Assembly: GCA_026397315.1 (NCBI GenBank)
Contig: JAPLVC010000001.1
Coordinates: 167,742 to 231,741 of the forward strand
From: Candidatus Aenigmatarchaeota archaeon
GTDB lineage: Archaea > Aenigmatarchaeota > Aenigmatarchaeia > QMZP01 > QMZT01
Direction: 5' to 3'
Length of the DNA: 64,000 nucleotides
Shown: positions 58,001 to 64,000 of the stretch, in pieces
Numbering within the stretch: position 1 is the stretch's first letter
How the letters are laid out: each line of letters starts with the position of its first letter
The notes under the pieces: generated by a model
The model's input: only the letters and a program-made list of their open reading frames with translations
Databases searched by the model: none
What the model was told of the DNA's origin: nothing
Program-made: the position numbers and the translations under genes

Positions 58001-60958
58001 AACCGTAAGATTGATGTGGGACGTGACCGTTATGTTAAGCATCGTGCTGTTGGAGTTTTTGCCGCTTTCGGGGTCCTCCCACTCTATCGAGACGTTGGCC
58101 GTGTAATTGCCGGAGTGCGTCGTGGGCAGAACCGTGAAAAGTATGGTAGTCGTGCAGCCCAGCGCTTTGCCGATGTTGCCGCACAAATATGCTGTTTCGT
58201 TGGCTGTTATGTTCGCGGATGACAAATTGATTTTTATGGTGGCGTTATACGCCGTCGAGTTGCCTATATTCGTCGTGTTTACTGCCAGCGAGAAGTTCTG
58301 CCCGTTGTACCAGGAAACGTTTTCGGCTGTGAAGTTGTATTTGTCGAGAGCGATGGTCATGTTGGTCCCGGCGACTGCGATGGTCACGTTTATGATGCGA
58401 TGACCAGCATTCGCTGTTGTCACGTTTATGGTGCCGTTATATTCTCCCGACGTTATGTCGGTGCTCGAGTTGACCCATATCTCCACGTTCTGCGAGACGC
58501 CGACTCCGATGGAAGTCGAGTTGTAAGGCACGAAAAGGAACGTCAGGTTCTCCGGGAAGCCCAGCAGGGTGAAATTGACGTTCTGCAGCGGAACGTTACC
58601 CAAGGCGTCGACGGTGAAATTGTCTATGTTTTTCGGCGGCCTGCCCGATGCTATTATGCCGAGCACGAAATTCTTGGGCACGTTCATCAGCGGGTTGGTA
58701 AGGACGGATATGTTTATCGCGGAACTGTTGAAACCAGGCAACGCGTTGGAATTGCGCCAGCGCACGCTTATGTTGGCCGTGTAATTCGCCGGCGGCGTTG
58801 CGCCGAGCACGATTATCTGGAAGGTTTTCGTGCAGTTCTTGGTGAGCAGGAGGTCGCCGCAAAAAGCGACGGTTGTGTTGGCCGTTATGTTGGGGCTCGA
58901 GAAGTTGAGCGTTATGTTCAGGTCGTAGGCGCTGCCGTTCGCTATGTTCTTGACCATGACGGAAATGTTGAAGATCTGGTTGGAATACGACGTCACGTTG
59001 TCCGCGACGAGGCTGTATGTGTCCGACGTGATGCTCACGTTCGTATCGTATGTCTCGCACGTGAACTCGCCGAACGCGTATCCCGTGTTGTTGTTGCGCG
59101 CCACGTTGCATGACAATGTGAACAGGTCGGCATAAGACGGCGCCGCGAACCAGAGGCGATAAGTTCCGTTGCCCAGGTCGCTTATGTTCTGCTGCGGCAC
59201 TTCGGTCGAGGCGAACGTGCAGTTGATCGTGGCGTTGGCAATCCACCTGTCCTGCCTGAAGTTCCTGACTGAAACCGTGGCGTTTATCTGCCTGCCTGTG
59301 AAGCCTGTCGGGTTCGTTATGTTAACCGTGGCGTTGTATGTGCTGGTCACGTTGAATGGGAAAGAGCTCGTGTTCAGGGCGTAGCCGCTCTGGTTGTATG
59401 CAGTGAACGTCGTGTTCCATACGCCTGTCGCATCCGCATCGAGAATGCCGTAAATGTTGGCGAATACGCCATCGCCGGCGGCGCTGTCGTTGTGACTGCC
59501 GTCATCGTAAAGAGTTATATTAGACTGGCCTACGCCTGCCTTGTTTATGCTGGCGTTTATCTTGCCGGAAACATTGTAAAGGTCGCTCACGTTGGCCCAT
59601 ATTATGACGGTCTCGTTCCTGTTGAATATCTGGACCTGGTTCGTTGCATTGGCATAGAATTTGCCGTCCGGGAAGACTGTTCTTATCTCGCCTGCATGTG
59701 TCGTTATGTTCAGGAGCGTGATGCTCTGGTTGACGAAACCCAGGAAGTGGTCTTCCGCCCCGAGGCTGCCGCTCGCGTTGAACTGCACGACGGTTGTGTG
59801 GCTTATTGACGATCCGGCGGCTATTGTAGTTTCAGTTAGTTGAACGCCCATCATGCCGGTAGCACTGTCGAATAGCGCGAAGAAATTGGAAGTTCCCGTC
59901 TCGTTTATGTTGACAAGACCCATCCAGAATGTACCGCCATACTGGTTCGCCCAGCCATAAGAGCCTGGGTCCGCGGGATTGGACATGTTGTTATAGTAAG
60001 GGTTACCCTCAGACTCCCTGAACGTGTAAGTGAGGTTCATGCCAAGCGCGCCCGAGACTGTCGAATTCCTGGTGATGCTGTAGGTGGCGTTGTTGACAAA
60101 AATCTGCTCTATCTTAATCCAGTCGAGATAGCGGTAGAACGTGTATCTCTTTATCATGTAGCCCTCTGTCATGTTGCCGGGCTGGTTCCATTTTATCTCG
60201 TTGCCCCTCTGCTCGAAAACTATCCTGGCGGGACCGGCATATTTCAGGGTGGCGTTGTTCCTAAAGTCGAAGCCAAATACGTCGCTAGCGTTGGAAAGGC
60301 TGGAATACTCGGCCGCCTTGCCTACGGAAGGGTCGACAAGAAGTATGTCGTTATCGTGAAGCGCGTCCTGCACCTGGTAGAAGCCGGACGTGTTTTCCTC
60401 GAGCGCCGTGTTCACTCCCCAGCGGAAGAGCGTGTTGTTGACGCTGAACGACTCCATGTTGCCGTTGGCGCCGGTGTAGTTGTACGCGAGGTCGGTGGTG
60501 TATGATTTTGCCTGCTTGTTGCCGTTTTCAATCGTATCGAAATATATGTAAAAATAGCGGATATGATTCGCAACGCTGGTTCCGTTCATCGAGAACGCGG
60601 CTGTTCCCACGGCGTTTGTGCTTGCGTTGTAACCATCGCTTTTGTCGAACTGCGAAGGCACCTCGTAAAGTATGGTCCCGCTGGAATTGTATTCGACCAC
60701 GCGCGTCGAGTTCTCGTCGAACGTGCCGTAAACGCTCATGTTGTTGAGGATGCGGGTGAAGTTTATGGCGTATTCGACCGGCCAGTCGGTCCTGTTGTAA
60801 AAGGTGCTGTTTATCTCCAGGCCGACCCTGTAATGCCATCGCACGTCGTACCAGCGGTAATTATAAGACTGTGAAAATGTGCCGGAAAAGCTCACCAGCA
60901 GCATGGCCGATAATATCACTAATGCCAAAACTAATTTGCCGTGACGGATTGAACTCAC
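55004..60958 (-). CDS. Giant membrane-anchored surface glycoprotein (DUF2341-like N-domain, Ca-binding DDG module, many Ig-like domains, helical stalk, TM, short cytoplasmic tail)
   Basis: Signal peptide; WHYRVGLEI; YDDGSHNDSAAGDGVF; very many NxS/T sequons; 226-aa internal duplication; TM WLIIILVILAIVIGALLFMV; GTG start overlaps the upstream stop. Confidence 0.85.
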   Translation of the reverse strand: MSSIRHGKLVLALVILSAMLLVSFSGTFSQSYNYRWYDVRWHYRVGLEINSTFYNRTDWPVEYAINFTRILNNMSVYGTFDENSTRVVEYNSSGTILYEVPSQFDKSDGYNASTNAVGTAAFSMNGTSVANHIRYFYIYFDTIENGNKQAKSYTTDLAYNYTGANGNMESFSVNNTLFRWGVNTALEENTSGFYQVQDALHDNDILLVDPSVGKAAEYSSLSNASDVFGFDFRNNATLKYAGPARIVFEQRGNEIKWNQPGNMTEGYMIKRYTFYRYLDWIKIEQIFVNNATYSITRNSTVSGALGMNLTYTFRESEGNPYYNNMSNPADPGSYGWANQYGGTFWMGLVNINETGTSNFFALFDSATGMMGVQLTETTIAAGSSISHTTVVQFNASGSLGAEDHFLGFVNQSITLLNITTHAGEIRTVFPDGKFYANATNQVQIFNRNETVIIWANVSDLYNVSGKINASINKAGVGQSNITLYDDGSHNDSAAGDGVFANIYGILDADATGVWNTTFTAYNQSGYALNTSSFPFNVTSTYNATVNITNPTGFTGRQINATVSVRNFRQDRWIANATINCTFASTEVPQQNISDLGNGTYRLWFAAPSYADLFTLSCNVARNNNTGYAFGEFTCETYDTNVSITSDTYSLVADNVTSYSNQIFNISVMVKNIANGSAYDLNITLNFSSPNITANTTVAFCGDLLLTKNCTKTFQIIVLGATPPANYTANISVRWRNSNALPGFNSSAINISVLTNPLMNVPKNFVLGIIASGRPPKNIDNFTVDALGNVPLQNVNFTLLGFPENLTFLFVPYNSTSIGVGVSQNVEIWVNSSTDITSGEYNGTINVTTANAGHRIINVTIAVAGTNMTIALDKYNFTAENVSWYNGQNFSLAVNTTNIGNSTAYNATIKINLSSANITANETAYLCGNIGKALGCTTTILFTVLPTTHSGNYTANVSIEWEDPESGKNSNSTMLNITVTSHINLTVPTDSIVKNVTHGTQVHIGNITLNSTGNDPSETIAFAASNFSPDFTFLFIPSDVASLGGEYPGGVMVNVTAKIGTLPGLYTGLINVTSANGGYKEIAVNITVPTSRTWTLNTTYCEKVMSPEEGVACDVLVNNTGNVDINFTIIPATSSSSMLNRTWTSAVNFTVANVSNYTLFVQYNITNQTIKFYYANYTIDAIQAGSSPNYTVLQVVLNPFIKPSLSMSFTPNITEQLGETWIYVNVTDQSGAGIGYNATDSNVTVTVTRPDGVNSTVMMTFTGTASGGITKWNVSYPENPFYFLNPGIWGNTTLKGYYNVTIYAVDNRGKNNTINSSFFIYYKLFIDLNTTRYAYRGDSLEVRIKSRDAVGTPLAGANVNISFVDPNGGNKDYYFWNGRTFVTDANGDAGALYLVPTNAILGNYTFSANGTYNETSVNKMINATSSFPTEVRDASKVKAELGIPYYVYREKVMPISVFILDNGECMASEPETIDITIYYTEGYTPQTWRVLHKSNMTQNMTCFYTYNELISSSTLTGTYLAVMRVGNGDKEAWDMIPFSITTGGPYDVSINMLDTEVTRSDYADFELTLINMGGTTPDVLLEYWISGANQTWDYRSESLMINAYANRTLIRSLYVVSGQPLGQYFINAKVTYDSTQPVATANSSFLVVEGGTQPPQPPAGGPAEEGAGAGAPSLPPKIEIIKYPQELGMELDSVKYPTIEVKNSGGSKLYNVTIKISGIPSPWIQDISPKVVDSLGVGNSTIFTITLKIPPTAETKEYVGQITANSSSAKDQKSFSITLFASRAELIRWEIERLTKAVQELESDIANAQKAGKNVKDVLPYVDQIKEQIRLSEDYLEKKMYDESLSAVHTGWSILEKARYLLAQAPFTEILMETIIPPWLIIILVILAIVIGALLFMVKKMRGVFDKVFRMQVPGAAGAAKASVFVEKMKEKETFEKEEANVRRVLGLLEREFKEGLISENAYADLKRRNEEKLVAIDKKKAAFK

Positions 60959-62550
60959 CTTTTGCCAAGGATCATCTTCCTGGTCTTATCGTAAGCTTCT
61001 TTGCTTATCATGCCTTTCCTGAAGGTTTCTTCAAGGTCTTTGAGAAGCATGTCGTTCCTGTTTTTCTGGTCTTTTGTGAACACTGGCTCTTTCTTCTCTA
61101 CCTTCACCGGTTTAGCCGGTACCGGCTCTTTTATGGTCTGAGTCGCTTTAGGTGCGGCCTTGTTGTCCAGCTCCTTGAGCTTTGCGAGATTCGCATTTCT
61201 CATCTTTTCGTATTCTCCCTTCGAAATCGATTTGCTCTTGAGCTCGTCCTCTAGCGTTTTGAGCAGCATCTTTATCTCTTCTTTCTGCGATTCTCTTTCA
61301 TCCGAAGCAGCGGCTGGAGCATACGACGCGGCGGATGATATGGTTGCCTGGACGCTGGACCTGAACGACTCCAAGTCGTCTCGTGTGACGAAATACGCCG
61401 CTTTCGTGTTCAGCTCGTCCAGGTTCTTCAGCACGTCGTTGAGCATGTCGTCCACCCTGTCCTGCTTGGCGCGGTAAAGCATGAATTCTTCCATCCTCTT
61501 GCTGAGCTCGGCATACATGCCCTGAATCTTGTCTGACATCTTCTGCACGCTTCTCTGCATGTCCTGCATTTCCATGAGCTTCTCGGACGCTTCCGTCCCT
61601 ATCTTTATCACGTGTTCGAGGCTGCCGATGTTGCGGAGAAGCGTCTCGATGCGTTTGAGCATCTCGCCGAATTCCTTCGACGTCTCCTCCAGCTTGTTGA
61701 CGCGCAGGGCCTGGTTGCTTATTTCCTTGTCCCTCCTGCCAATCTCCAGCAAAAGTTTCTCAGGCTCCAGCTTGGACAACAAGTCAATCATTTTTTCCAT
61801 CTTTATTTCCTGCTCCTTCGTCGAAGCCTCCCTGCCGTAGACCATCGTCCTTACTTCTGCAAGTCCCTCGACGACGCGCTGTATCTTGTCGTCGTCAATT
61901 TTTCTGCTCTCTTTGACCGCTTCCAGCTGGGCCTTCATCTTGTCTATCTCGGCGTCGAGCTTCGCGAAGCTGTTCCTCATCTCGGTCATGTCCTTGTCCG
62001 TGACCTTTGAACCGATTTCCTCCACCATCTTCCTTATGCTGTCGGCGAGATCCATCTGCATCTTCTGCAGGTCGTCCTGGCTTATGCCGAGAGCTGCGGC
62101 TTTTTCCTTCTCCTTCTTGCCCTTCGCTTTCTCCGCCGCAGGCGGCAGCTCCTCTTCGACATCCTCAATTACGGGAATCTCGACCTTCGGCCTGACAATT
62201 TTCACGGGCTGCCGGATGGGTTTTTCCTGGACATCTTCCTCTGGGATGACAGTGGAAGCGGCTGCCTGCGCCTTGGAAATGGCCTCTATCTTTCTGTTTA
62301 TTTCATCGAGCTTCTTCTCGTTCTTGGACTTTATGTCATCATAATCCGCTTCCAGTATCGACGCTTCGCTGTAGGCGTCCTCAAGCGACGACAGCAAAGC
62401 CTGTATCTCTTCCCTCTGGTGTGTCAGTTGCTCAAGGCTTTCAGTCGGTAGCGAAGCCTGACGGATCTTGGGCTGGCTCTCGGTTTTCACAGAAATATTT
62501 TTTTTGGGCGCACTCCTTGCCCTAACCGGTTTGCCCCTTTTCCCCGCCAT
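60955..62550 (-). CDS. Soluble coiled-coil protein with three SHOCT-like helical motifs
   Basis: LEDAYSEASILEADY, LEDELKSKSISKGEY, LEETFRKGMISKEAY; long central coiled coil. Confidence 0.82.
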   Translation of the reverse strand: MAGKRGKPVRARSAPKKNISVKTESQPKIRQASLPTESLEQLTHQREEIQALLSSLEDAYSEASILEADYDDIKSKNEKKLDEINRKIEAISKAQAAASTVIPEEDVQEKPIRQPVKIVRPKVEIPVIEDVEEELPPAAEKAKGKKEKEKAAALGISQDDLQKMQMDLADSIRKMVEEIGSKVTDKDMTEMRNSFAKLDAEIDKMKAQLEAVKESRKIDDDKIQRVVEGLAEVRTMVYGREASTKEQEIKMEKMIDLLSKLEPEKLLLEIGRRDKEISNQALRVNKLEETSKEFGEMLKRIETLLRNIGSLEHVIKIGTEASEKLMEMQDMQRSVQKMSDKIQGMYAELSKRMEEFMLYRAKQDRVDDMLNDVLKNLDELNTKAAYFVTRDDLESFRSSVQATISSAASYAPAAASDERESQKEEIKMLLKTLEDELKSKSISKGEYEKMRNANLAKLKELDNKAAPKATQTIKEPVPAKPVKVEKKEPVFTKDQKNRNDMLLKDLEETFRKGMISKEAYDKTRKMILGKR

Positions 62551-62621
62551 GATAATTAATTAACTGTAATAAAATATATAATAGTAAAATAAGCGAACCT
62601 TGGTGAAAATCGTTTTCTGCT

Positions 62622-64000
62622 TTATGCCTTTAACCTAGCCTTCAGCGACTCTATGTAGCTTTCCGCCATCGAGAACTGGCCGGCCTTCATCTTGTCCCTC
62701 GCGAGATTGAGCTCTATCTCTAAGTCGGTCGTGTCGACCTTCCTCGCCTTCATGGACTCGATCTGCTTATGTATCTTCTCGATCTCATCCTGGACATTGA
62801 CGTACTTGGCTATCTCCTCGTCGGTCAGCCTGCCCGTGTCGTGCAGCAGCGGACGGAAGGCTATGAAATACGGCTTGCCTTCGTTGAAGGCCGGGTTCTG
62901 GACAAGCGCCGTGCCTGTCGTAAGCTTCACGACCCTGGATGCGAAGTCCATGCCGTACTTGGTCTTCACCCTTCCGATGTCACCCTCGTATTTCGTCCTA
63001 AGCTGGAGCTCTGTGGCTATGTTCGCACGGATAGCGCCCCTGAAGTCCATGAGTACCTGCGATATCATGAATACGCCTATGCCCCACTTACGGAACTCAC
63101 GGCATGCGCGTTCGATAGCAATATAACCGCCTTTACCGCCGTACTTCGGAAGCAGCCTGTGGACCTCGTCGTATATGAGCAGGAGCTTCAGCTCTCTCTC
63201 TTCAGGCAGCGCGGCCTTGAAGACTGACGTGACCGTCCTCTGCACGAACTTGTCCAGATACCCCGGGTCCAGCTTGTTCATGACGAAGACCGTCATCTCG
63301 CCAGGCTTCCTGTATTTCTGGATGTCCACTTCCATCTCAGGGTCAGTGACGAGCACGATGTTCGTCTTGAACGCCATCGCTTCGTCCGGCTTCATGCCGA
63401 ACTGCGCGTAAAGGTCGAACATCCTCTTGTCCTTGCACGGCTTCATGAAGCCCGTCCACTGCGCGGTCGGGTCGAACACTATTATCGGCATCCCCCTCTT
63501 CAGCAGTTCCTCCGAGCAGACCATGGCTGAGACGGATTTTCCGGAGCCAGTCGCTCCTGCTGCCAGCGAGTGCATCATCAGCGATCTTGTGTCGATGTAC
63601 GCTTTCACATCTGTCTCCGCAATCTTGCCCACGAGTACTGTGTCAGGTCCAGGCTTCGGCAGCTTGTTGAAGTCAAGCGGGAAGATGTATCTCTTGCCTT
63701 TCTTCTTCTTGTCTTTCCACGTCGCTAGGAATCGGCGGCCGAAGTAGATGCCGGGTATCGCTGCGAACGCTATCGCGTACGTGGCCCAGTGCATGAACAC
63801 CGCGCGCAGCAGGGCGAGGGGCGCGGGCAGCACGAACACGTCGAACGAGTCGACCGCATACGCCGACTTCTTGCCATACCAGTATGTCACGTTGACCTCG
63901 ACTATATACCTGTCCTGCGGCGTGTCGTCGGGGATGGATATCGTCTTTGTAAAGCTTTTCACGCTGTCGACTGCGATGGTCTCGCTGTTCCTGAGTATGA
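62622..64000 (-). CDS. 5'-truncated membrane-anchored HerA/DUF87-like P-loop ATPase with N-terminal Ig-like segment
   Basis: Frame open to the window edge; TM WATYAIAFAAIPGIYFG; Walker A GATGSGKS; VFDP; Walker B LIYDEVHRLL; REFRKWG; ISQ. Confidence 0.9.
   Translation of the reverse strand, partial: ILRNSETIAVDSVKSFTKTISIPDDTPQDRYIVEVNVTYWYGKKSAYAVDSFDVFVLPAPLALLRAVFMHWATYAIAFAAIPGIYFGRRFLATWKDKKKKGKRYIFPLDFNKLPKPGPDTVLVGKIAETDVKAYIDTRSLMMHSLAAGATGSGKSVSAMVCSEELLKRGMPIIVFDPTAQWTGFMKPCKDKRMFDLYAQFGMKPDEAMAFKTNIVLVTDPEMEVDIQKYRKPGEMTVFVMNKLDPGYLDKFVQRTVTSVFKAALPEERELKLLLIYDEVHRLLPKYGGKGGYIAIERACREFRKWGIGVFMISQVLMDFRGAIRANIATELQLRTKYEGDIGRVKTKYGMDFASRVVKLTTGTALVQNPAFNEGKPYFIAFRPLLHDTGRLTDEEIAKYVNVQDEIEKIHKQIESMKARKVDTTDLEIELNLARDKMKAGQFSMAESYIESLKARLKA

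Overview
Archaeal chromosomal segment. Evidence: split rpoH-B''-B'-A'-A'' RNA polymerase operon, L32e/L44e/S27ae, archaeal TpiA, FBP aldolase/phosphatase, BHB-type tRNA introns and TATA/BRE promoters. The stand-alone 5S rRNA, scrambled ribosomal-protein operon, pilin-like arrays and giant surface proteins suggest a DPANN archaeon, possibly Aenigmarchaeota (inference). Layout: (1) 1-10.9 kb, a signal-transduction cluster with a kinase-less Cache/HAMP sensor, orphan solute-binding lipoprotein, His kinase, receiver, three KaiC-like proteins, V4R-like and AbrB-like proteins, and a UbiA + radical-SAM/SPASM pair in its middle. (2) 11-20.6 kb, the RNAP operon, 5S rRNA and three tRNAs (Lys, Asp, Tyr) carrying four long introns; a near-copy of one intron core lies in the intergenic spacer. 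(3) 20.8-25.2 kb, a secreted glycosidase-like/SGNH/dockerin mosaic and a surface protein. (4) 25-45 kb, housekeeping and biosynthetic genes (tpiA, fbp, guaAA/guaAB, pyrG, purF, xpf, mtaB, glmS), five pilin-like genes and regulators. (5) 45.7-64 kb, the best candidate for an undescribed system: a MinD operon with a membrane anchor and three translationally coupled giant coiled-coil proteins, next to a membrane-anchored HerA-like ATPase, a coiled-coil scaffold and a 1984-aa surface glycoprotein; the scaffold and the surface protein share a short helical motif. No CRISPR array or transposase was seen. All family assignments come from motif reading by eye; no database searches were run.
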